From Candidatus Moraniibacteriota bacterium (GTDB taxonomy: Bacteria; Patescibacteriota; Minisyncoccia; Moranbacterales; GCA-2747515): DNA of 64,000 bases. Shown here piece after piece: positions 9,915 through 17,946 of this stretch (its first letter is position 1; each line of letters opens with the position of its first letter). The stretch spans positions 5,132 to 69,131 of the forward strand of contig JAXGYI010000005.1 in the NCBI GenBank assembly GCA_040772365.1. The letters are read 5' to 3'. Made by a program: the position numbers and the translations under genes. The notes beneath the pieces were generated by a model. It searched no databases, was not told where the DNA came from, and was given only the letters and a program-made list of their open reading frames with translations.

Positions 9915-9961
9915 AGATGTGTGTTAATATTGCGAATAAAATCAGGAGATACGCTATTGTT

Positions 9962-10156
9962 CTAGTGCGCTAGGGTTTTGAGGACATTTTTTTCGTCTGC
10001 TTTAAAAAGACGCTTGTCACTGCGCTTGGCGCGTGTTTTGTTACCAGATTCTTTAGCATTAAAGTGATTTTGACCGGTGGAACGACGAATGACCTTACCG
10101 CCTTTTGTGACGCGCACTTTTTTAATAACAGATTTTGGTGTTTTCATTTTCGGCAT
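9962..10156 (-). CDS. rpmI: 50S ribosomal protein L35
   Basis: MPKMKT.KS..K.V.VT..GK; lies between infC and rplT. Confidence 0.93.
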   Translation of the reverse strand: MPKMKTPKSVIKKVRVTKGGKVIRRSTGQNHFNAKESGNKTRAKRSDKRLFKADEKNVLKTLAH

Positions 10157-10222
10157 ATGTATACTCACAATAACAATAAACTATATCGCACAACCTTATC
10201 GGTGCGATACGCTTCTGGACAG

Positions 10223-10251
10223 ATTGTATAGGAAAGTGACAAAAAAGTCAA
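10223..10251 (-). promoter_or_regulatory. sigma70-type promoter for rpmI-rplT
   Basis: Minus strand TTGACT-17 nt-TACAAT. Confidence 0.6.
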
Positions 10252-10290
10252 ACGACGGCGCAATGTAATCACTGCGCATGTCCAAGACAT

Positions 10291-10836
10291 CTATGCGGGA
10301 GCAATCACTACGTTAAATCCGCCGGGGAATTTTTTGATTTCCTCCTCAATGCGATGCGGAATGGTGATTGCGCGCAAAAATTCTTGTAGGTTAGTTTTAG
10401 CGAGATCCTGATGTGCCTTTTCGCGTCCGCGTAGAATGATCTCAATTTTAACTTTATTGCCTTTACGTAAGAACTTCTCTGTTTGGTTTTTCTTGAACTC
10501 CAAATCATGGGCATCTGTACGAATACCCAAGCGCACACCTTTCGTCACCACAATTTTTTGCTGCGCTTTACTTTGTTTGAATTGCTTAGCCTGCGCATAC
10601 TGGAATTTCCCGTAATCAAGAATTTTACACACAGGCGGAACGGCCTTTGGAGAGACTTCTACAAGGTCGAGTCCAGCATCTTCAGCCATTGTGCGCGCTT
10701 CACGCAAGGACACCTCGCCAATAAATTCGCCATTTTCATTAATCACAACAACAGGATCAGCAAAAATTCGCCCATTGGCACGCATCTGCGGTGGGAGATT
10801 AGTTTTTTTTGGTTTATGGCGGTAGCGACGACGCAT
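10291..10836 (-). CDS. infC: Translation initiation factor IF-3
   Basis: GLDLVEVSP...PPVCKILDYGKF.Y, HDL.FK, GNKVK..I.LRGRE motifs; start uncertain (ATG 10836 or in-frame ATT 10857). Confidence 0.95.
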   Translation of the reverse strand: MRRRYRHKPKKTNLPPQMRANGRIFADPVVVINENGEFIGEVSLREARTMAEDAGLDLVEVSPKAVPPVCKILDYGKFQYAQAKQFKQSKAQQKIVVTKGVRLGIRTDAHDLEFKKNQTEKFLRKGNKVKIEIILRGREKAHQDLAKTNLQEFLRAITIPHRIEEEIKKFPGGFNVVIAPA

Positions 10837-10949
10837 GAGATCTGTGTGTAGGTAAATTAGCAGTAAGTAGAAGTATAGCAAAGATGGGGGAAAAAGTAAA
10901 TACTTTCTACTATTTTCTATAGCATATTATGTGCGTATTGCTGATCGTG

Positions 10950-11380
10950 TGGAGATGGTGGGAATTGCACCCACGTCCAAATCTGTGAGCCATCAATACG
11001 GTGTTATACGCATAGACGCGGCTTTCGTGCCGGTGCAAACCGGCGAAGTTCAAAAGCGAGTGGATAGCAACGCGTCATGAAAATCTCGCTTTCTATCGTC
11101 AGTGATTGAACCGAACGCGCGTGACGATGCGACGCGAGCGGCGAATCCCATGATTGACACCACGCAGTGACCTATGGGATCTCAGTCGCGTGATGGCTCA
11201 GGCGTTTAAGTTACGCGAGAGACGGTGCAAAGGACGGTGCGAAAGCGTTGGCAATCGCCGTCTTTGCTTTGCTGATGAAGTTTGCACTTATCAAACATGT
11301 ATGTACGGTTTTACGGGACGAACATACGTGCCCGGCGTAGGTATTGGCAGCCGACAAACTGTCGAAAACTAGACATCCCC
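10950..11380 (-). ncRNA. ssrA: tmRNA (about 431 nt); tag ANFISKAKTAIANAFAPSFAPSLA* at 11285-11211
   Basis: 5' GGGGATG pairs with 3' CATCTCC-A giving the G3:U alanine determinant; 5' TTCGAC motif; T-arm GTGGGTGCAATTCCCAC; ATAAGT-GCA resume context; directly downstream of smpB. Confidence 0.93.
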
Positions 11381-11456
11381 CGCCCACAATCATGCAGCGT
11401 ACATGGTTATGGGCGGCGTATGTCTAATTACTGCAGTGTTGTGAAGGGACGATGCA

Positions 11457-11906
11457 TTAGTGTTTGGCGCGTAGTGCGCGCGCAATGGTGCGATCTGCGT
11501 CACGCTTTTTAATGGTGTGGCGCTTGTCGTATTCCTTTTTTCCGCGCGCTAGCGCAAAAGCGACCTTGATATGCTTGCCTTTAATATAAACACGAATTGG
11601 AACCATTGTCAAGCCTGCCGTTTTGTTTTTTTCCAGGAGTGTACGGATCTCATGTTTGTTGAGTAGGAGCTTGCGACTGCGTGAGGGATCGTAATTGGGG
11701 ATTTTGCCCGCATGCGGATAGAGGGGAATCATAGCATTGGTGAGAAAAAGTTCACCGTCGGATGCCGTGACAAAGGCACCTTTGAGGGAAATGTGTCCGG
11801 TTTTGACGGATTTTACCTCGTGTCCGAAAAGCACAATGCCGGCATCATAGGTGTCTAGAAGCTCATAGTCAAATTTTGCACGCGGGTTGTGGGCAATAGT
11901 TGTCAT
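11457..11906 (-). CDS. smpB: SsrA-binding protein
   Basis: AGIVLFGHEVKS, RSRKLLL, ALARGKKEYDKR motifs. Confidence 0.97.
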   Translation of the reverse strand: MTTIAHNPRAKFDYELLDTYDAGIVLFGHEVKSVKTGHISLKGAFVTASDGELFLTNAMIPLYPHAGKIPNYDPSRSRKLLLNKHEIRTLLEKNKTAGLTMVPIRVYIKGKHIKVAFALARGKKEYDKRHTIKKRDADRTIARALRAKH

Positions 11907-11950
11907 ATGTCTTTACAGTATAGCATGTTTTTAGGCGTGAGAGATGTTCC

Positions 11951-11979
11951 ATTGTAGAGGGGAAGAGGGGATGCGTCAA
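11951..11979 (-). promoter_or_regulatory. sigma70-type promoter for smpB-ssrA
   Basis: Minus strand TTGACG-17 nt-TACAAT. Confidence 0.6.
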
Positions 11980-11984
11980 TGCCC

Positions 11985-12013
11985 TTGTGCGCCACGTGTC
12001 GGTATGCTATTCT
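11985..12013 (+). promoter_or_regulatory. Promoter for the leader-peptide/attenuator transcript
   Basis: TTGTGC-17 nt-TATTCT with extended -10 TG; divergent from the smpB promoter. Confidence 0.45.
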
Positions 12014-12026
12014 TGCGGTAAGAAGT

Positions 12027-12125
12027 ATGACACATATGATCAACAACGAAAACGGTACGTGGAATCTTGACCTACATGGTCTTCTACTACTCCCCACACG
12101 GGACCGTTTTGCGCTTGTTGTGTAG
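12027..12125 (+). CDS. Putative leucine-rich attenuator leader peptide MTHMINNENGTWNLDLHGLLLLPTRDRFALVV
   Basis: Manual translation; four tandem Leu codons CTT CTA CTA CTC at 12081-12092. Confidence 0.55.
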   Translation: MTHMINNENGTWNLDLHGLLLLPTRDRFALVV

Positions 12126-12192
12126 AGGCTGTATTCTGCAGCCGGAACTGTAGAGGAAAGAAAGCGAATCGGTCCCACGGGATCGGTTTTTT
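12078..12192 (+). promoter_or_regulatory. Putative transcription attenuator (alternative antiterminator/terminator)
   Basis: GGGACCG(12100-06) pairs CGGTCCC(12170-76) and CGCTT pairs AAGCG as antiterminator; AATCGGTCC-CACG-GGATCGGTT-TTTT terminator 12167-12192. Confidence 0.6.
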
Positions 12193-12252
12193 GTTTGTTA
12201 ACAATTCACTATCGCATTTAAAGCATTATTATGCAGCACGTGGAGGTGCGCC

Positions 12253-12438
12253 ATGAAACAGGGAGAAATGAGAAAGGATGATAGGGAAAGGGTTGTAATT
12301 TTCTCGTGGAAGGCGAAGGAATTACAACGGGGGATCAGCGATCCGCAACAAGAAATTTCCACATGTATGCAGAGGAAGTGGGCGCTCACAGTTGAAGAGC
12401 ATCGCAAGTGCATGAAGTCCATGCAAAGCCATGGGTGA
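12253..12438 (+). other. Short ORF downstream of the attenuator; possible remnant of a deleted biosynthetic operon
   Basis: Strong GGAGG RBS at 12242-46; N-terminus ...DRERVVIF resembles the start of LeuA (RVIIFDTTLRDG) and then diverges. Confidence 0.3.
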
Positions 12439-12463
12439 AAAAGAAAACAGACACAACATCGTC

Positions 12464-12496
12464 GCAGCATCCGCAAGTCGGATGCTGTTTCTTTTT
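12464..12496 (+). terminator. Intrinsic terminator
   Basis: GCAGCATCCG-CAAGT-CGGATGCTGT-TTCTTTTT. Confidence 0.75.
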
Positions 12497-12598
12497 GCTA
12501 ATCGCAAGTGGTTTCTTCTTTACGTCACTGGACACTGTTTTGGAGGAATGAGGATGTCCATGTTTATATATGATGATTTGATGTGATGCGCAGGTCGC

Positions 12599-13732
12599 TT
12601 ACATCATCACCATGTAGTCATAGTGTACTGCTATGATATCGCTTGATTTCATACTGCGTTGTCCTGCTGTATGAAATTTAGAAAATTGTTCGACACGACG
12701 ATGTAGATCATGTGAGGAGTACTTCACTAAACCTCTGGCAAGAGTATTATTTTCAGTGTCACAGATGTCCACAACATCCTTTTCGTGAAACGTTCCTTCG
12801 ATTTGTTCAATACCGGAGAAAAGAATAGAAGCAGGCTTTTTCTTGTGTAACAAATCCGCGAGGTACGTGCTGACAACAATGCGTCCCGTTCCAACAGCAG
12901 CTGTAGCAAGCCAGTTTTTTAAACTTTTCTTTTTCCGATACTGTGAAGGAAAAAATGTGCCTATGCGTGGGGCATTGCCTGCAACCAGTGTGTAGAGAAC
13001 TTTGTCGCGGAGTCCGTTTGCGATATACATGGGAATGCCGAGGGATGTGATGAGGTCCGCAGAGAGCAGTTTACTGCGCATTCCACCTTTGCCGGCAGAC
13101 CGTGAATCGTCTACTAGGTTGAAATACTGCGATACATCCTCGATGACCGGGATCACTTTTGCGTCTCGTGTACTCGGGTCGCCGCTGTATACACCGTCAA
13201 CATTTGTGAGGATGATGAGGTGATCGGCGCCAACCATGGCGGCGACCATATAAGCCAATTGATCGTTGTCGCTGAAATCCAACTCTTCGGGCGATAGGAC
13301 ATCATTCTCGTTGATGATGGGGCATACACCGGCATCCAACAAATTTTCAACAACCGTTTTGAGACTCACATATTCTTCTTTGCCGGCGAAGTCTTTGCGT
13401 GTTGCCAGTATTTGTGCGCAGTGCGTGCCGTATTGATCAAATTCCTCTTTATAGCGTGCAATGAGAGTGGCCTGACCAATTGCGGCAAGGATCTGTTCTT
13501 TGAGAAGCTCCTTACTTTACTTCACATTTTGCGCGTTGACAACAAGCTGTGCGTCTTTATAGATTGCTCTGCCGCTTGCGACTGCACCGGACGACACAAG
13601 GACGGTTTCCACGTCAAAATCACTGCGAATAGCATGGATGTCTTTCACGAGCGACTGCATGATTGTACCGTTCAGATGTCCATCAGGCCCTGTTAATACG
13701 CGTGAGCCCACTTTGACAACAATTCTTTTCAT
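12599..13732 (-). pseudogene. proB: Glutamate 5-kinase (with PUA domain) interrupted by one in-frame TAA at 13519-13517
   Basis: MKRIVVKVGS...VSSGAV...NVK*SKELLKEQILAAIGQ...PIINEND...FSDNDQL...LTNVDG...GKGGMRSKL all in one frame; 377 codons in total. Confidence 0.88.
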
Positions 13733-13881
13733 AGGAAACATGATGAATGTGTTACAGATATAATGGTGTTGTTCTATAAATACTGTCGGGATATTCAAAT
13801 AAAGTGCTTGATAACGACGAGGCACCCTATCGTCTTTCCGCACCATCGCTTGTTACGAGGTACTTATATGTTGTCAGAGAT

Positions 13882-14169
13882 TCATAGGCAAACGGACCAC
13901 GGGCATGTAGCTATCGTGGCATTATGAAAATCTTGTGGCTTGATACAAAAGAAGACTACGTCTGTTTTTTTGCACAGAACATCATATGACGGGACGGGTT
14001 TGACGAAATGATCCGTGACACGATTTTTTGTCAAGGTATAAACCTTGTGTTTTTTAGGGAGCTTTGCATGCAAAATTGTGGCAATTGCGCGCCCCATGTT
14101 GCCGTAGCTTATGATGCCAATATCGTTGAACGATGTGTGCGATGGTTGTCGTATAGCCGTGTTGGACAT
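13882..14169 (-). pseudogene. proC: Truncated pyrroline-5-carboxylate reductase (N-terminal Rossmann part only)
   Basis: IGIISYGNMGRAI (GxGNMG mutated) and DVVFFCIKPQ, then stop; only 437 bp to the proB start, too short for a full ProC. Confidence 0.7.
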
Positions 14170-14296
14170 AGCTGTAAGATGTGTCAATTTTGCCTAAAGT
14201 ATACAATATTGTTATACTGAACTGCAAGGAAAGCAGTGTATTTCTTTGTATGTTATGATACTTTGATCTTGTAAGCAAGAATACGTAAGTAAGAAT

Positions 14297-15856
14297 ATGG
14301 TAAAGTTGAAATCTGAAAATCATGTCAGCGGTAATCACAAAAGTGAAAAGCTTTTTGCTCCTCAGAGGGATGGTGCTTCGAAAGATGCTAGTGATGTACG
14401 GCAGATCACTAAGAGGAGTGAAGATTATTCGCGATGGTATTTAGACGTCATTGCCGCAGCAGATCTCGCTGAGAATTCCCCGGTTCGCGGATGCATGGTC
14501 ATTAAACCAAATGGCTATGCAATTTGGGAAAATATCCAAAAGATTCTTGATGCGATGTTTAAGGCGACTGGTGTGCGAAACGCCTATTTTCCACTATTTA
14601 TTCCACAAAGTTTTTTGGCGAGAGAGGCAAAGCACATTGAAGGTTTTGCCAAAGAGTGTGCAGTTGTTACGCATCATCGTTTGGAATCCACTCCGGAAGG
14701 CGTTGTGCCGGCCGGACCCCTTGAGGAGCCTCTCATTGTCCGACCCACGTCGGAGACTATTATGTATCACATGTATGCAAAATGGGTTAGCTCATATCGT
14801 GACCTTCCTATACTACTGAATCAGTGGGCGAATGTGGTCAGATGGGAAATGCGCACGCGGCCCTTTTTGCGTACAACGGAATTTTTGTGGCAGGAGGGAC
14901 ACACCGCACACGCTACCCAGGAAGAAGCCTATGACCGAACGCGTCAGATGTTGGATATCTATCAGAAATTTTGTGAGGAATATTTGGCAATCCCTACCAT
15001 CCCGGGCTTTAAATCTCCATCGGAACGTTTTGCGGGCGCTGATGAGACGATGTGCGTTGAAGCTATGATGCAGGATGGTAAGGCACTACAGGCGGGTACA
15101 TCGCATATGCTTGGGCAAAATTTTTCCAAACCGTTCAATGTCAAATTCCTTACAGAGAAGGGAACAGAGGAATTTGCGTGGCAAACAAGCTGGGGCCTTA
15201 GCACGCGCATTATCGGTGCATTAATTATGACGCATAGCGATGATACAGGGCTAGTGCTTCCGCCAAAGATTGCGCCGACACAGGTGATTATCATCCCTGT
15301 GTGGAAATCCCAAAAAGAGCATGAAGATGTGCGTGCAAAAGTTGAGGAACTGCGCACACAGTTGGATGCGGCGGGTATTAGCGTTGAGGCAGATATGCGC
15401 GATACTCGTCCGGGACCTAAATTTTTTGAGTGGGAGCGCAAGGGCGTTCCAGTACGAATAGAAATTGGACCTCGCGATATTCAAAAAAAATCCGTTGTTG
15501 TTGTGCGCCGCGATAATGGATCAAAAGAGGATGTCTCAGAATCACTACTGGTACCCGCTGTGCAAAAACAGTTGAACCTCATCCAGAAATCACTCTACGA
15601 TCGCGCTGTGAAGTTTTGTGAGGATAATATGCTGTCCGTAGATACCTGGGATGATTTTTGTGACGGGCTCAAGGGAGAGAAAACAAAATTTCTCCAAGCA
15701 CACTGGTGTAGTGAGGCATTATGTGAGGCGCAGATCAAAGATGAGACGAAGGCAACAATCCGATGTATACCATTCGATCAAATCCGCGAGGATGGACATT
15801 GCATTAAATGTCGCAAAGCATCCCATGGTAGGGTAATTTTTGCAAAAGCGTATTAG
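14297..15856 (+). CDS. proS: Proline--tRNA ligase, archaeal/eukaryote type
   Basis: VRPTSET, QWANVVRWE, FLRTTEFLWQEGHT, QAGTSH.LGQNF, SWGLSTR and C-terminal FAKAY. Confidence 0.97.
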   Translation: MVKLKSENHVSGNHKSEKLFAPQRDGASKDASDVRQITKRSEDYSRWYLDVIAAADLAENSPVRGCMVIKPNGYAIWENIQKILDAMFKATGVRNAYFPLFIPQSFLAREAKHIEGFAKECAVVTHHRLESTPEGVVPAGPLEEPLIVRPTSETIMYHMYAKWVSSYRDLPILLNQWANVVRWEMRTRPFLRTTEFLWQEGHTAHATQEEAYDRTRQMLDIYQKFCEEYLAIPTIPGFKSPSERFAGADETMCVEAMMQDGKALQAGTSHMLGQNFSKPFNVKFLTEKGTEEFAWQTSWGLSTRIIGALIMTHSDDTGLVLPPKIAPTQVIIIPVWKSQKEHEDVRAKVEELRTQLDAAGISVEADMRDTRPGPKFFEWERKGVPVRIEIGPRDIQKKSVVVVRRDNGSKEDVSESLLVPAVQKQLNLIQKSLYDRAVKFCEDNMLSVDTWDDFCDGLKGEKTKFLQAHWCSEALCEAQIKDETKATIRCIPFDQIREDGHCIKCRKASHGRVIFAKAY

Positions 15857-15990
15857 CGACACACAAAGAGATGGTGGTGATGAGGCTGCCTACAAGAATG
15901 GTGTGATGCCGCGCTGTTGCGTGAGACCATGATCTTATGCTCGAAGTGCTGTGGCGATAAAATTCATAAAATTGTGATAAAGTGCTGGCT

Positions 15991-16284
15991 ATGGATCTCA
16001 CACTGACAATTCATCAGAAGACCATGCGGTTGTGTGTGGATGGCACGCGGCACTGTGTGTCGTGGGAGGACAACAATGATCTCTTGGAGAAATTTTTTCC
16101 GGCAGTAGATGATCTCTTGACGACACACGGAGCGGCACTTGCTGATGTGACGCAGGTGCATCTTGTTACGGATGTGCCGCAGGGGTATACGACGGCGCGG
16201 ATTGCGCGCGTCATCGTGCGGACATTGCGGTTTGCTCTATGCGTGGAGGGATCGGAAACAGAGGAGAAGGAAGTCCACACATGA
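15991..16284 (+). CDS. Short TsaB-like protein (N-terminal domain only)
   Basis: LLEKFFPAVDDLL......LADV..V.L....QGYTTARI resembles TsaB ...GPGSFTGLRI. Confidence 0.5.
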   Translation: MDLTLTIHQKTMRLCVDGTRHCVSWEDNNDLLEKFFPAVDDLLTTHGAALADVTQVHLVTDVPQGYTTARIARVIVRTLRFALCVEGSETEEKEVHT

Positions 16285-16441
16285 TGCCATAGCGTATGCT
16301 GTTAAAAATCCTGCTGTTGGCAGATTATCATGATCTATGCTATACTGAGTTGCAGCAACTGGCATGATGTAATACATGTTAGTTTGTTGTATACTGTGAT
16401 TAGTAAGCAGTGTCTCTCAGTTATTAGTAATTGACAATATA

Positions 16442-17602
16442 ATGCATATGACAGAAGGTGAAAAAAAGGATACAGCGGTGCCAACGCCAGATGTATCATC
16501 ACAAAAAGAAGATGAGCGTGCACGATGTAGTGGTATTGCATGCTTGAAGAACACGTGCTGTAATGGGAAAAAATCCACGTGGCTGTGGGCAGTTTTGCTT
16601 ATTTTGGCTGCGCTTGCCGTATGGGCATATGTGCACGAAGCAAAGGCGCCAGCAGCATCAGATAATGGCACGGAATCAACTGTACCATCCAAGAAGGTAT
16701 CGGGAAAGAAGGCAGATCAGATTCGTGAAAGAGTACGAGGATTGATTGATGGCAAGTTATTGCAACCCGACACGGATTTTGAAATTGGTGACGTGACAGA
16801 AGAAAGTGGATTGTATAAAATTCAGATCAAGGTTGCGGGACAAGAGGTATCATCTTATATGACGAAGGACATGGATAAATTCATTCCGGAACTGTTACTG
16901 ACAAAGCAGTTGGATGATCTTGATCCAGTAGAGGCGCCAGAACCAGCAAAAACAGAGGTGACAACAAAGACGGATAAACCGGTCGTGGAGGTGTTTGTGA
17001 TGAGTCATTGTCCATATGGCACACAAATTGAAAAGGGTATCCTCCCGGTATTTCGTGCCCTTGGCAACAAGATTGACGCACAGTTCAAGTTTGTTAATTA
17101 TGCTATGCACGAGGAAACCGAATTGGCGGAACAGCTACGCCAGTACTGCATTATGACAAAGGAGCCGCAGAAGTTCTATGATTACCTGGATTGCTTTCTC
17201 GTAAGCAGTGGTTCGGGGGAGAGCGCAACGGCGTGTATGCAAAAAACAGGTATTAACCAGCAGGTAAACGCTCAGTGTGTGCAGGCGACTGATGAACAGT
17301 ATAAGGTGATGGCGCAGTTCAAAGATAAATCAACATGGCAGGGTGGTTCTTATCCTCCGTTTGATATTCATAAAGCGGATAACGAAAAATACAATATCCA
17401 GGGATCACCGACGTTAATCATTAACGGAGAGGAAATTCAGAGTAACCGTGATAGTCAAAGTCTGCTTAATGCGATTTGTTCTGCATTTACAACTGCGCCA
17501 GAGGAGTGCCAGAAAGAGCTTCCTGCAACACAGCCGGCAGCCGGCTTTGGTACGGCGGCAGCTGCTGCTACTGGTGGCGCGATTGATAATGGATCCTGCT
17601 AA
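16442..17602 (+). CDS. Membrane-anchored thioredoxin/DsbA-like protein
   Basis: TM segment, VEVFVMSHCPYG, cis-Pro motif IQGSPTLIING, several paired Cys. Confidence 0.75.
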   Translation: MHMTEGEKKDTAVPTPDVSSQKEDERARCSGIACLKNTCCNGKKSTWLWAVLLILAALAVWAYVHEAKAPAASDNGTESTVPSKKVSGKKADQIRERVRGLIDGKLLQPDTDFEIGDVTEESGLYKIQIKVAGQEVSSYMTKDMDKFIPELLLTKQLDDLDPVEAPEPAKTEVTTKTDKPVVEVFVMSHCPYGTQIEKGILPVFRALGNKIDAQFKFVNYAMHEETELAEQLRQYCIMTKEPQKFYDYLDCFLVSSGSGESATACMQKTGINQQVNAQCVQATDEQYKVMAQFKDKSTWQGGSYPPFDIHKADNEKYNIQGSPTLIINGEEIQSNRDSQSLLNAICSAFTTAPEECQKELPATQPAAGFGTAAAAATGGAIDNGSC

Positions 17603-17666
17603 GTAAAGGTGTATCGTACGGTGCTGTGCACACATATGCAATGAGTAGTGCGATGTGTGCACAGGC

Positions 17667-17675
17667 TGTGGATAA
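17667..17675. promoter_or_regulatory. DnaA-box consensus upstream of the rpoB promoter
   Basis: TGTGGATAA = reverse complement of TTATCCACA. Confidence 0.45.
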
Positions 17676-17704
17676 CATAAAAAGCAATAGACGCAATCAT
17701 GACA

Positions 17705-17733
17705 TTGACAGTATTGGAGGCATCTGCTATAGT
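17705..17733 (+). promoter_or_regulatory. sigma70-type promoter for rpoBC
   Basis: TTGACA-17 nt-TATAGT with extended -10 TG. Confidence 0.7.
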
Positions 17734-17946
17734 CCATGTACTGAAAATAATCCACCTTACTGGTATAGAAAACTCGCGTAGTGCGATGTTTTCCGTGCCG
17801 TGTGCCTTGGATGATCATCATCGGACATTTTGTGTGCGACAATTAAATAGTTAATCATTGAAAACTCCAGCGCATGGATGTTTTGTCTTGTTTGGGAATG
17901 TGTAGATTGAAAAACAAGCACCATCACTGCCCTGGCCGGTCTTTTT

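Noticed and set aside
7064-11380. Prophage or integrative element at tRNA-Leu or tmRNA
   Set aside because: No integrase, phage genes or duplicated 3' att sequence seen.
11211-11393. 60-aa ORF as a protein gene
   Set aside because: It is the tmRNA tag reading frame extended upstream.
13517-13519. Alternative genetic code (UGA=Gly, as in Gracilibacteria/Absconditabacteria) explaining split genes
   Set aside because: The interrupting codon is TAA; long core genes have no internal TGA, and several genes end normally at TGA (7043, 27085, 43297).
17660-17760. Replication origin
   Set aside because: Only one perfect DnaA box, no dnaA/dnaN nearby, and strand bias does not visibly switch.
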